The notes under the pieces: model-generated
Databases searched by the model: none
What the model was told of the DNA's origin: nothing
What the model saw: only the letters and a program-made list of their open reading frames with translations
In this document: piece after piece, positions 22,692 through 32,339 of the stretch
Layout: every line of letters starts with the position of its first letter
How positions within the stretch are numbered: position 1 is the first letter of the stretch
Translations under genes and position numbers: made by a program
Assembly (NCBI RefSeq): GCF_028368995.1
Contig: NZ_JAQNDL010000001.1
Span: forward strand, 3,200,001-3,264,000
From: Nannocystis bainbridge
GTDB taxonomy: Bacteria > Myxococcota_A > Polyangia > Nannocystales > Nannocystaceae
Reading direction: 5' to 3'
DNA length: 64,000 bases

Positions 22692-23348
22692 TCAGCGCCC
22701 GTAGGTCCGCTGCAGGTGGGCGACGGCAGCACCGGCGCCGCGCACATCGACCCCGTGATTGGGGTCGAGCAGGGCCGGCAGTTCGGCGCGACCGGTGCGC
22801 TCGGCCAGCTCCGCCATTTTGGCGCTGCCGCGGCCGCAGGTGCGCCAGCGATAGGCGATCTCGCGGGCGCACAGCCACTGGCGGATCTCTCGCGCCTCCG
22901 CCGAGGTCTCGTCGGCGAACAGCTCGAGCGGCTGATTCGGCGCCGCGGACGCGAGCGCGCGCACCCGCGGCAGCGCCAGCGAGGCCAGGCCGCTCGACAG
23001 CGTCGTCAGCGGCCCGAGCCGCAGCGCCCACGGCACCTCACCGTCGCCGTAGCGGTCGACCAGGTGCTGCACGATCGCCGACGACTCGCGGATCAGCTGC
23101 CCCCCGTCGACCAGCTGCGGGAACGGCGGGACCCGCTCGGGGCGGAAGCGCGTGCCACCCGGGGGGCACGGCCGCATCAGCACGTCGAGGTCGAGCCACA
23201 CCAGCGCCTCGCGGACCTTGCGGCAGAACGGGCACGCCTCGAACTCGTAGAGCACCAGCTCGCCCGTCGGTCGCGGCCCCGTGACGCCCACGCGCCCGCC
23301 GAGCCCGAAGCGCGCCGCCGTCGCCACCGCCGAACCCAGCCGCGTCAT
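22692..23348 (-). CDS. Glutaredoxin/GST N-terminal domain protein (two thioredoxin-fold repeats)
   Basis: LYEFEACPFCRKVRE, ESSAIVQHL; second repeat ending LPALLDPN. Confidence 0.8.
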   Translation of the reverse strand: MTRLGSAVATAARFGLGGRVGVTGPRPTGELVLYEFEACPFCRKVREALVWLDLDVLMRPCPPGGTRFRPERVPPFPQLVDGGQLIRESSAIVQHLVDRYGDGEVPWALRLGPLTTLSSGLASLALPRVRALASAAPNQPLELFADETSAEAREIRQWLCAREIAYRWRTCGRGSAKMAELAERTGRAELPALLDPNHGVDVRGAGAAVAHLQRTYGR

Positions 23349-23460
23349 GCCCTGCCCCTCGCGCGTCGCGTCATGTCCCGTCTCCTCAGCTTGCATGGGC
23401 GACAATCGCCGCTGCGCAACCGACGATCGCGCCGGTGGGCCGTGACGGCCCGCGCGGACC

Positions 23461-23612
23461 ATCACCTGTCCCCCGGGACATCCGCCTCGCCGACGCCCGG
23501 GCGCGCGCCCGCGAACCTCGATTCGAAATCACCTGTCCCCCAGGACAGCCTCGCCCCGCCGGCGCCCTCCGCGGACCCACCAAAATCACCTGTCCTCGGG
23601 GACAGCCTCGCC
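23461..23612. repeat. Three ~28-bp direct repeats with palindromic core and unique spacers
   Basis: ATCACC-TGTCC-N4-GGACA-(G/TCCG)CCTCGCC at 23461, 23528 and 23585. Confidence 0.75.
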
Positions 23613-23627
23613 TCGCCGCCGCTCCCC

Positions 23628-24278
23628 TCAAGAGCGGGCCTTCGGCAGCTGCTTGCGCAGGAACTCGACCGCGACCTGGCAGAACGGGCGGAACTCCTGC
23701 CCGTCGCGGCTCGACCAGCGATCGATCTCCCGCTCGAGCGCCGCGCGCGACCACGTCTTGGTGTCGCTGTATTTCTTGCGCAGGCGGGCCACCAGGCCCT
23801 CGATCACCCGGCGCCGCAATTGCCGGAGGTGCGGCGCGTTGAGGCCGAGCACCTGGTCGAGGTCGCGCTCGGCCTCGGCGTCGGCGCCGAACACCCGGCC
23901 CTCGACGAAGCCGTAGCGCACGCGGTGCTCGACCCCCGCGATCGGGTCGAGCACCAGCGGGCTCGCGCCCTTGCGCACGTCGCAGTGGCGGATGTCGCGC
24001 TGCTCGTGCGTCGGGTTGTCCTGTCCTCCGGGACAGGCGGCCAGCAGGTTGCGGTGCGTCAGCTGCTGCCCGCGGTGCTCGTGCTGCGGCCGCAGGTGCT
24101 CGATGCGCAGCGACTCGACCGCGATGCGGTTCATGCAGTAGCAGCAGATCGCGCCCTGCTCGCGCACCAGCGCCCGCCGCAGCTCCTGCTTCCACGGGCC
24201 CGGATCTTCGAAGCTGCCGCCGGCCTGGCGGTGCTCCGTCAGCGCCGCCGGCTCGCGGCCCTTGCGGATGTTCTTCAT
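23628..24278 (-). CDS. HNH endonuclease, PtuB/TIGR02646-like
   Basis: MKNIRKGREP start, EQGAICCYC, IEHLRPQ, NLLAAC, HCD..KG; ATGA-coupled to the ATPase gene. Confidence 0.85.
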   Translation of the reverse strand: MKNIRKGREPAALTEHRQAGGSFEDPGPWKQELRRALVREQGAICCYCMNRIAVESLRIEHLRPQHEHRGQQLTHRNLLAACPGGQDNPTHEQRDIRHCDVRKGASPLVLDPIAGVEHRVRYGFVEGRVFGADAEAERDLDQVLGLNAPHLRQLRRRVIEGLVARLRKKYSDTKTWSRAALEREIDRWSSRDGQEFRPFCQVAVEFLRKQLPKARS

Positions 24279-25630
24279 CCCGCCGCCTCGTCGTCGTCCT
24301 CGGCCAGGAACTCCATCATGCTGCCGAGGCGGACCACCTCGGCGTCGTGCGGGCCGAAGTCCGCGACGAGCTCGGCCAGCGCCGCCCGGGCCGCGGGCCA
24401 GCGCTCCTCGTCGATCAGGCGGGCCACCGCGCGGACCTTCGCGGCCGAGAAGGGCGGGTACTGATCGACGCCCATCACATCGTAGAGGATCGCGTTGCTG
24501 TCGCGCCCGAGGGTGTGCGGCGGCTCGTCGACCAATTGAAAGTCGCGCAGCAGCTTGACCTGCTCGCGCGGCACCAGCGACAGCACCTGCGGCGAGTGGG
24601 TGGTGACGATGAACTGCAGGTTGGGGAAGGTGCGCTCGAGGTCGGGGATCAGCGTGCGCTGCCACTGCGGGTGCAGGTGCAGCTCGACCTCGTCGACGAG
24701 CACGATCCCGCGGCCCTGCAGCGGGTCGGCGAGGTTCGGGTGGGTGATCGCCAGCCGGCGGGCGATGTCGCCGACCAGCACGAGCAGGCCCTGCTCGCCG
24801 CCCGACAGCTGCGAGAAGGCCAGCTGGGTGCCGCGCTTGCGCAAGATCAGCGCGGGCCGGCGACCGACCACGAAATCGATGTGGGCCGCGCCGGGCTCGC
24901 GCGTGGGCCGGCGACGGAACCGCAGGTCGGTCCAGTCGGGCAGGAACGAGAGGATCGCCCGCCGCACCGCGGCCAGCTGCGGGTCGACGTGGTCGCGGTG
25001 CTCGCGGATGAGCTCGTTCTCGAGGTCCTCGCGCAGCAAGAACCACCGCAAGAAGTCTTCGCGCCGGGCCCCGCGCGACCAGCCGTGATCGGCGTACAGC
25101 CCCGCGGGCCCCGAGGGCAGCTCGCCGCGGGCGTCGTCCACCTCGGCCTCGACGTAGCGCTCGTGCGAGTAGGTGGCGAGCATCGGCGCGTCGAGCACGA
25201 CCCCGCGGGCCAGCGCGTCGGCCCAGCGCGCGGCCCAGCTGGCGGTCTGCGGCGTGTCGGGCTGGGCGTGGTGCCAGCGGTCCCACCGGTGCGCGAGCTC
25301 GTGGCGCAGCACGAACGACGCCTCGCCCGGCTCCGGGTCGGCGAACAGCTCGTCTTTCGTGGTGATCGCCGGCGGCGTCCACACGAACTCGCCGTGGACC
25401 ACGCAGCGCTCGGCCCCGGCGCGCACGTCGGCCAGGCTGAGCCGCGACGCGTCCTCGCCGAGCCCGGTGCGGGCCACCGCGAGCGCCAGCAAGTAAGCCA
25501 CGGCGTCGAGCACCGAGGTCTTGCCGCTCCCGTTGACCCCCACCAGCGCCGTCGTGCGCCCGCGCGAGAGGTCGAGCTCCAGCGACGCGAAGCCGCGGAA
25601 GCTCTCGAGCTGCAGCCGATGAATCCGCAT
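24275..25630 (-). CDS. ABC/AAA ATPase, PtuA-like (Septu/retron I-A effector type)
   Basis: ESFRGF, Walker A GVNGSGKT, LSGGE, Walker B LVDEVELHLHPQWQ, TTHSP. Confidence 0.88.
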   Translation of the reverse strand: MRIHRLQLESFRGFASLELDLSRGRTTALVGVNGSGKTSVLDAVAYLLALAVARTGLGEDASRLSLADVRAGAERCVVHGEFVWTPPAITTKDELFADPEPGEASFVLRHELAHRWDRWHHAQPDTPQTASWAARWADALARGVVLDAPMLATYSHERYVEAEVDDARGELPSGPAGLYADHGWSRGARREDFLRWFLLREDLENELIREHRDHVDPQLAAVRRAILSFLPDWTDLRFRRRPTREPGAAHIDFVVGRRPALILRKRGTQLAFSQLSGGEQGLLVLVGDIARRLAITHPNLADPLQGRGIVLVDEVELHLHPQWQRTLIPDLERTFPNLQFIVTTHSPQVLSLVPREQVKLLRDFQLVDEPPHTLGRDSNAILYDVMGVDQYPPFSAAKVRAVARLIDEERWPAARAALAELVADFGPHDAEVVRLGSMMEFLAEDDDEAAG

Positions 25631-25803
25631 CGATCGCCGAACCGGCCGCAGTGTAGGCCCCGGCGCGCGGCGCTCGCAAGTGCGCGCGTTCGTCAGCGCC
25701 GCGCGCTGAATCATCGCTACGCGCGGCCTCCGGCCGGTCTCGCCGCGCCGACGCCTCGGGCCGGGCCCCGCGACGGCACCCGCCCGCGCTCACGCGCCGC
25801 GCG

Positions 25804-27360
25804 TCAGTGCTGCGCGCGGCGGCGGAACGCGGCCACCAGCGCCTCGGGCTCGACCCGGCCGGGGCCGACGCCCGGCTTCGGCCGGACCATCCCGAGCGAG
25901 GCCATGTCGTGGACGTAGGCCGGGCGGCGCATCCCGACCAGCACGCACGTGACCGGCAGCGCCAGCAGCGTGAGCACGGCCCGGCGCGACAGCGGCAGCC
26001 CGCGCCACGCGTCGGGGGTGGCGGCGGCCAGGCGGTCGCCGATCGCGTCGGTGAGGGCCTGCGCGCGGGCGCGGAAGTCGTCCTCGATGGCGTCGAGCGC
26101 GGCCAGCATCTGCTGCCCGTACTCGTCCCAGAACGCGCGGAACTCGGGCTGCAGCGCCGGGTCGAGGTCGCTCGTCAGGCTGGCCTCGATCTGCGCGCAG
26201 TGGGCCGCGATCACGTTGTTGCGCAGGTGCAGCCAGTGCCCGAGGTCGCGGATCTGGCCGAGCCCGGACTGCAGCTCGCTGCCCCAGCGCAGCAGGTCGC
26301 GAATGCCGTCGCCGTACTCGGCGGCCAGGCGCGCCCCCAGGCCCTCGGCCCACTCGCCCTCGAGCCGCTGCAGCGCCCGCAGGATCGGCAGCGGATCTCT
26401 CGCCTGGTCTTTGGGACCTGGCGCATCGGCCAGGCGGATCATGTGCGGCCCCTCGCCCTCGTCGACGAACGCGTTGAGCGGGCGGTTGACGAGCAGCGCC
26501 AGGCCCTCGCGGCGGGCCAGCGCCACCACCGAGGGCGCGCCGTCGGGCTGGGCCTCGGTCAGGGCGCCGAGCTCGTAGAGGTTGAGCGGCAGCTCGGCGA
26601 CGGCGAAGTGGTGCAGCGCGCCGCCGACCTCGCGCGCGAGCGCCAGCGCGCGGCCGAGCGAGACGTACTGGCCGCTGTCCGCCGGCTCGACGAAGCTGTT
26701 GGCCGACACGCCGTACCAGGCGATCTCGCCGCGCTGCACGGCCTGCTCGAGGAACCCGAACGCCTCGCGCAGGCGCCTCTCGAACTCCTCGCGATCCTCG
26801 GCCGTGACCTCGTCGGCGCGGTTCTCGCAGTCGATGAAGAAGTACTCAGGGTTGTGCAGCAGGAACACGTCGATCGTCTGCAGCCCGAGGCGTTGGCGGC
26901 TGAGCGCCAGCTGGTCGGCGAGGAACTCGGGGTGCAGGCAGTGCCAGCAGCTGTCCTGGTAGCGGACCAGGTCGGGGTACGGCGGCTGGCGCTCGTGGGC
27001 GAGCTCGAGCGCGGTGCCCTGCAGGTACCCGGCCTTGGTGACGACGACGATGTCCTCGCGGCCGGCGACGCGGCCCTCGAACAGCTCGCGCAGGACCTGG
27101 CCGACGAGGATCTCGCTGCCGCCGTCGCCGTAGTTGGCGCTGGTGTCGACCAGGTTGACGCCGGCGCGCACCGCCTCCTCGAAGGCCTGACGGTGCAGCC
27201 CCGACTCGACGTGCACGCGGTAGGCGCCGAAACCGACCGGCGCGACGTGGAGGCCGGTGCGCCCGAGCTGGCGCGCGTCCATGCCGAATCGACGCGCCCG
27301 CTCGGCGCTCGCCGCCGGCGCCGCGCGTCCGGGCCACAGAGGTCGCTCTTGCTCGCTCAT
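25804..27360 (-). CDS. Aldo/keto reductase with long helical insertion
   Basis: LGRTGL, VDTSANYGDGGSE, VVTKAG, FLLHNPE, VLVGMR. Confidence 0.85.
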   Translation of the reverse strand: MSEQERPLWPGRAAPAASAERARRFGMDARQLGRTGLHVAPVGFGAYRVHVESGLHRQAFEEAVRAGVNLVDTSANYGDGGSEILVGQVLRELFEGRVAGREDIVVVTKAGYLQGTALELAHERQPPYPDLVRYQDSCWHCLHPEFLADQLALSRQRLGLQTIDVFLLHNPEYFFIDCENRADEVTAEDREEFERRLREAFGFLEQAVQRGEIAWYGVSANSFVEPADSGQYVSLGRALALAREVGGALHHFAVAELPLNLYELGALTEAQPDGAPSVVALARREGLALLVNRPLNAFVDEGEGPHMIRLADAPGPKDQARDPLPILRALQRLEGEWAEGLGARLAAEYGDGIRDLLRWGSELQSGLGQIRDLGHWLHLRNNVIAAHCAQIEASLTSDLDPALQPEFRAFWDEYGQQMLAALDAIEDDFRARAQALTDAIGDRLAAATPDAWRGLPLSRRAVLTLLALPVTCVLVGMRRPAYVHDMASLGMVRPKPGVGPGRVEPEALVAAFRRRAQH

Positions 27361-27496
27361 CGGCGGCGAGCAGTACGACAGGCCGCGAGCACCGTCAACG
27401 CCGGCGTCGGCCGCGGGGCGCGCCGCAGCTTGCACGTGCAAGCGCCGGTGGGCGACCATGCGGCTCCGGCTCGGCCGTCCGCCCGAATTCGCGCCC

Positions 27497-29671
27497 ATGT
27501 TCAGCGCCCTGCGCCACCTGCTCGAATACCTCCGGCCCTACCGCTTCGAGGTGTCGCTGCTGCTGGCGGGGCTCCTGATCGACCTCGCGTTCAACGTCCT
27601 GTTCAGCCTCAGCTTCCAGTACGTCATCGACGAGGCGATCGCCAAGCACGACGAGGCGCTGCTCTACGCGATCCTCGTCGCCCTGCTGGTCGCCGTGGTC
27701 GTCGCCGCCGGCGTCGCCATCATGCGCGACTACCTCTACGCCCGCCTCGGCACCGCGGTGATGAACGACCTGCGCCTGCGGATGTTCGAGCACCTGCAGC
27801 GGCTGTCGCACAACTTCTACACCCGCATGCAGGTCGGCGACATCCTCGCCCGCTTCTCGACCGACCTCGCCGCGGTCCAGAACGCGGTGATCCTCGCCAT
27901 CCCCGAGACGATCCTCGGCATCCTCGGCGTCACCACCATCTCGATCCTGCTGTTCATCTTCTCGTGGCAGCTGGCCCTGCTCACGCTGGTCGGCCTGCCG
28001 CTGGCGACCCTCGGCCCGCACCTCCTGGGCCCCCGGGCCGAGCGCGACAGCTACCTGGTGCGCCACGAGGAGGCCCAGGTCGCCAGCACCGTGCAGGAGA
28101 ACCTCGGCGCCCACGCGGTCGTGCGCGCGTTCCAGCTGGCGCCCGAGCAGACCGCCCGGTTCCGCTACAAGCTGCGCTCGCTCTACCGCATCGGCGTGCG
28201 CTTCAACCTCAGCACCTATCTGGTCGAGCGCACGCCCAACCTGACCTTCTTGCTGCTGCAGATCGCCGTGTTCGGGTTCGGCGCGGTCAAGACCTTCCAC
28301 GGCGAGCTGACGCTCGGCTCGCTGGTCGCTTTCAACATCCTGCTCGGCTACCTCAGCACCTACGTCACCGCGCTGACGCGGGTGATGCCGCCGCTGTTGA
28401 TGGCGGCCGGCGGCATCAAGCGCATCCAGGAGCTGCTCGGCGCGCGCCCGCAGGTGCAGGAGAAGTTCAGCCCCAACACGCTCGGGCCGCTGCGCGAGGC
28501 GATCACGTTCCAGGACGTGTCGTTCTCGTACACCGGCGAGCACAAGAACCTCGACCGCGTGAACCTGCGGATCTCTCGCGGCACCACGGTGGCGATCGTC
28601 GGCGCCAGCGGCTCGGGCAAGAGCACCGTGCTCGGCCTGCTGGCCCGCTTCTACGATCCGGACGACGGCACCGTCGCGTTCGACGGCGCCGACATCCGCG
28701 CCGCCTCGTTCGACTCGCTGCGCGGCCAGCTCGGCATCGTGTTCCAGGACAGCTTCCTCTTCGACACGACGGTCCGCGAGAACATCCGCATGGGCCGCCT
28801 CACCGCCACCGACGACGAGGTCGAGAAGGCCGCGCGCGCGGCCGAGATCCACGACCTCGTCGCCGGCCTGCCCGAGGGCTACAACACCGTGGTCGGCGAA
28901 CGCGGCAGCCGGCTGTCGGGCGGCCAGCGCCAGCGGTTGGCGATCGCCCGCGCGATCCTCCGCGACCCGCAGATCCTGCTGCTCGACGAGGCGACGTCGG
29001 CGCTCGACCCGACCACGGAGGCCGCGATCAACGGCACGCTCGAGCGCCTCGGTCGCGACCGCACCGTCATCGGCGTGACGCACCGCCTGGCTTCGACGCG
29101 GCTCGCCGACCTGATCCTCGTGTTCGACAAGGGCCGCCTGGTCGAGCAGGGCAACCAGCGCGAGCTGCTCGCGGTCGACGGCCTCTACCGGCGGTTGTGG
29201 AACAAGCAGCAGGGCCTGGTCGTGTCCGAGGACGGCACGCGCGCCGAGGTCGAGCCCGAGCGCCTGCGCGCGATCCCGATCCTCAGCACCCTGTCCGACA
29301 CGATGCTCGCCGCGGTCGCGCGCACCTTCCTCAGCGAGCGCTTCAGCGAGGGCCGCCCCGTCATCCTCGAGGGCGACACCACCGTGGAGAAGTTCTACAT
29401 CGTCGCTCGCGGCAAGGTCGCCGTGCTCAAGCGCCAGGAGGACGGCAGCGACAAGCAGATCGCCGCGCTGCAAGAGGGCGACTACTTCGGCGAGGTCGCG
29501 CTCCTGCGCGACGCCCCGCGCAACGCGACCATCCGCACGCTGACCCCGTGCATCTTGCTGACGCTGCAGCGCCGGCAGTTCCTCGAGCTGATCCAGAGCG
29601 ACCCACGGCTCAGCCACGAATTCGACTCGGTGGTCCGGGCCCGGGTACACCCCGTGACGACGACGGCGTGA
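27497..29671 (+). CDS. ABC exporter (TMD-NBD) fused to a C-terminal cyclic-nucleotide-binding domain
   Basis: TM region, GASGSGKS, LSGGQRQR, LLDEATS; C-terminal FYIVARGKV..FGEVALL..PRNAT. Confidence 0.9.
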   Translation: MFSALRHLLEYLRPYRFEVSLLLAGLLIDLAFNVLFSLSFQYVIDEAIAKHDEALLYAILVALLVAVVVAAGVAIMRDYLYARLGTAVMNDLRLRMFEHLQRLSHNFYTRMQVGDILARFSTDLAAVQNAVILAIPETILGILGVTTISILLFIFSWQLALLTLVGLPLATLGPHLLGPRAERDSYLVRHEEAQVASTVQENLGAHAVVRAFQLAPEQTARFRYKLRSLYRIGVRFNLSTYLVERTPNLTFLLLQIAVFGFGAVKTFHGELTLGSLVAFNILLGYLSTYVTALTRVMPPLLMAAGGIKRIQELLGARPQVQEKFSPNTLGPLREAITFQDVSFSYTGEHKNLDRVNLRISRGTTVAIVGASGSGKSTVLGLLARFYDPDDGTVAFDGADIRAASFDSLRGQLGIVFQDSFLFDTTVRENIRMGRLTATDDEVEKAARAAEIHDLVAGLPEGYNTVVGERGSRLSGGQRQRLAIARAILRDPQILLLDEATSALDPTTEAAINGTLERLGRDRTVIGVTHRLASTRLADLILVFDKGRLVEQGNQRELLAVDGLYRRLWNKQQGLVVSEDGTRAEVEPERLRAIPILSTLSDTMLAAVARTFLSERFSEGRPVILEGDTTVEKFYIVARGKVAVLKRQEDGSDKQIAALQEGDYFGEVALLRDAPRNATIRTLTPCILLTLQRRQFLELIQSDPRLSHEFDSVVRARVHPVTTTA

Positions 29672-29699
29672 GCGCGCCGCGGCGGAGACCGGACCGAGG

Positions 29700-30242
29700 A
29701 TGACGCACGAATCAGAGGGGCATGGGGTGGCTGGTGCGGAGCGTCTGCAGGACCTCGCGGGGTCGCGGGACGCCGCAGAGTCACCGCCGCGGTCGGTCGC
29801 CTCGCCGAAGATCGAGCTGCGGGCCGCGGCGCTCGGGCGCGGCGTGTTCGCGACCGAGGCGATCGCGGCCGGCGAGCTGCTGATCCGTCTGGCGCCGGTG
29901 TTCGTCGCCACCGCCGGGCAGTACACGATCCAGCTCGACGAGGACCGTCACCAGGCCGGCACCGGCGAGATCGACGATTTCCTCAATCATTGCTGCGAGC
30001 CGAGCGCCGCCCTCGACGCCGAGCAGCTGTGCTTCGTGGCCGTGCGGCCGCTCGCGCCGGGTGACGAGGTCACCTTCAACTATCTGACCTCCGAATGGGA
30101 CATGGCCGAGGCGTTCGCCTGCCGCTGCGGCGCCGGCCGTTGCTTCGGCGACATCCGCGGCTTCCGTTACCTCGGCCGCGACCGGCAGGAGGCGCTCGCC
30201 GCCCTCGTCACGCCGTTCCTGCGCCGACGCGCCGGCCTCTGA
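29700..30242 (+). CDS. SET domain protein-lysine methyltransferase with post-SET Cys cluster
   Basis: GRGVFA, FLNHCCEP, EVTFNY, CRCGAGRC. Confidence 0.85.
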   Translation: MTHESEGHGVAGAERLQDLAGSRDAAESPPRSVASPKIELRAAALGRGVFATEAIAAGELLIRLAPVFVATAGQYTIQLDEDRHQAGTGEIDDFLNHCCEPSAALDAEQLCFVAVRPLAPGDEVTFNYLTSEWDMAEAFACRCGAGRCFGDIRGFRYLGRDRQEALAALVTPFLRRRAGL

Positions 30243-30286
30243 GCTTGCCAAGCGCGGGCGCGCGCCCCTATCATCGCCGGCCGAAC

Positions 30287-31153
30287 ATGTCGATGCAGCT
30301 CCTGGTGTCCGCCCTCGTCAGCGTCGCAATGGTCGCGCCCGCCTCGTCGGCGACGAAGCCGACCGCCGAGGGCAGCGCCGCCGCGTCGGCGCCGACCACC
30401 GGCGAGGACGCCAAGCTGAAGCGCGCCGAGGAGCTGTTCCTCAACGGCCGCCAGCTGTTCAAAGAGGGCTCGTACGAGGCCGCGATCCTGGCGTTCCAGG
30501 AGAGCTACGAGCTGTCGCGGCTGCCCGAGATCCTCTACAACATCGGCAACTCCTACGAAAAGCTCGGCGACTTCGCCAACGCTCGCAAGTACCTCGACCA
30601 GTATCGGGCCTTCGCGCCGGAGAAGGAGCGCGAGCTGCTGGGTCGGCGGATCCAGAACCTCGACCAGCGCCTGCGCGAGCAAGAGGACCGGGCCCGCGCC
30701 GAGCGCGAGCGGCAGGAGCAGGAGGCCAAGCAGGCCGAGCCCGGCCCCGTCGCGCCGCCGCCCGTAACCCCCGCCGAGCCCGCGCCCGAGCCCAAGAAGG
30801 ACCGCGTGTTCGGCCCCGCCGCCGGCGTCCTCACCGGCGTCGCCGTCGTCGGCCTCGGCCTCGGCATCGGCTTCGGCGTCAGCGCCCAGAGCCAGCGCAA
30901 CCAGGCGCTCGAGCACTGCAGCGCGGCCGGCGAGCAGACCTACTGCGACGTCGACGCGCGACCGTTCCTCGACGCCCAGAAGTCGCGCGCGCTCGGTGCC
31001 GACATCAGCTTCGCCATCGCCGGCGCGGCGGCGATCGCCGTGATCGCCATCGTCGCGGTCAAGGCGACCCGCAAGAAGCGCGAGCAGACCGCCCGCTTGA
31101 CCCCGTGGGGCAGCCCGCGCGGCGCCGGCCTGGCGCTCGGCTTCCGCTTCTAG
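30287..31153 (+). CDS. Secreted TPR protein (myxobacterial TPR-plus-hydrophobic C-terminus type)
   Basis: Signal peptide, TPR (AEELF..G..LFKEG.YEAA; ILYNIG.SYEKLG), TM segments, terminal F. Confidence 0.8.
   Translation: MSMQLLVSALVSVAMVAPASSATKPTAEGSAAASAPTTGEDAKLKRAEELFLNGRQLFKEGSYEAAILAFQESYELSRLPEILYNIGNSYEKLGDFANARKYLDQYRAFAPEKERELLGRRIQNLDQRLREQEDRARAERERQEQEAKQAEPGPVAPPPVTPAEPAPEPKKDRVFGPAAGVLTGVAVVGLGLGIGFGVSAQSQRNQALEHCSAAGEQTYCDVDARPFLDAQKSRALGADISFAIAGAAAIAVIAIVAVKATRKKREQTARLTPWGSPRGAGLALGFRF
30557..30621 (+). repeat. 65-bp direct repeat, copy 1 (within TPR gene)
   Basis: 64/65 identical to 33855-33919. Confidence 0.9.
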
Positions 31154-31201
31154 GCTCTTTGAGGCTTCGTCCGCTCGGAGACCGACGAGCTCCCGACGAC
31201 C

Positions 31202-32293
31202 TCACTGCCGCGTCGCGCGAAACTCCACCGTCTCCGCCTCGATGAACCCGCGCAAGACGACGGAGTACCGCCCCGGCTCGAGCCAGTGCGTCTCCGTCAT
31301 CGATCCTTCGAGCACCGCGTTGTAGCCGCGCAGCCAGGCGCAGCCGTCGCACTCTGCGATGAGCGCCTGTCCGCGTGTGCCCTCGCCTTCTGGCGTCACC
31401 ACCGAGATCTCGTACTCGCCGGTTTCGGCGATCTCGATCGTCCGACGCAGCTCCAGATGGGTCTCTCCGAAGACGATCGGCTCCCCCGGCGGCTGCATCC
31501 CGCCCAAGACCTCCGGGTCGTCGCAACTCAGCGAGCTCGTCCAGATGAAATTCCCGGCGAGGTCGGCCATCAGCGCCGGCGCGTCGCACTCTAGCCGCGG
31601 CAAGGACGGGAGGGAGGAAGGGCACTCCGTCGCCGCGAGGTACTCCTCGCTCAGCGCATCGAGCGACACGCCGTAACTGGCACGCACGGCCTTGTCCCAG
31701 TCGACGAGATCAGACGCTTCCGGCACGTCCCGGTACAGCGCCGCGAAGCGCTCCGCGCCATGGACCTGCAGGAGGTACCTGACGAAGCGCGACGCCACCG
31801 GATAGCCGGCGCCGTCCGTGATTCCGCTGCGATCGAGCGTCATGTAAGGACGAGGGTCACCCTCCTCCATCGGACCGTCGATCACAGCGTCCGCGAAGCC
31901 TTCGGCGAGGAACGGTGCTGCCGAGACGTTCAGTTGGTTCGCAATGGTATGCACGATCTCGTGCGGCGACATCGCTCCATGCCCGGCGGAGCGCAGCCCA
32001 ACCGCGCATCCGAACGCAGCGGCGCAGAACGGATCTTCGGCCCAAACCGCCGCATAGTCGACCTCTGTCAGCCAGTAGTATGCGACCTGCTTCAGCCTCT
32101 CGACCGACAGATCGAGCAACTCGGCCGCGCGTCGCGCCGTCGCGTCGTACGATGCGACGGTTCCTCCGCAGAGCTCGAGCCCCAAGCTGTAGTGATAGTC
32201 GACGAGGTCGCCATGGACGACCTCCGTCTCAGGCATCTGCTCGTGGCAAGCCGCCACCAGAGCGACCGCGAGAAGACATGTCCGGCCCTGCAT
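31202..32293 (-). CDS. Lipoprotein with HExxH...E zinc-metallopeptidase motif
   Basis: VAAC lipobox; HEIVH followed by AEGFA (gluzincin-like spacing). Confidence 0.7.
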   Translation of the reverse strand: MQGRTCLLAVALVAACHEQMPETEVVHGDLVDYHYSLGLELCGGTVASYDATARRAAELLDLSVERLKQVAYYWLTEVDYAAVWAEDPFCAAAFGCAVGLRSAGHGAMSPHEIVHTIANQLNVSAAPFLAEGFADAVIDGPMEEGDPRPYMTLDRSGITDGAGYPVASRFVRYLLQVHGAERFAALYRDVPEASDLVDWDKAVRASYGVSLDALSEEYLAATECPSSLPSLPRLECDAPALMADLAGNFIWTSSLSCDDPEVLGGMQPPGEPIVFGETHLELRRTIEIAETGEYEISVVTPEGEGTRGQALIAECDGCAWLRGYNAVLEGSMTETHWLEPGRYSVVLRGFIEAETVEFRATRQ

Positions 32294-32339
32294 CGCAGAA
32301 CGTTGTACCACCCTGGCTCGGCGCGAGTGCCGCACCCAG

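Noticed and set aside
17886-24464. 2192-aa plus-strand ORF
   Set aside because: Arg/Ala/Pro-rich shadow frame over several well-supported genes; an artefact of high GC.
17617-25630. Integrative element or defence island (radC, MTase, Septu-like pair)
   Set aside because: No integrase, att sites or compositional shift; radC is the full-length chromosomal type and housekeeping enzymes are interspersed.
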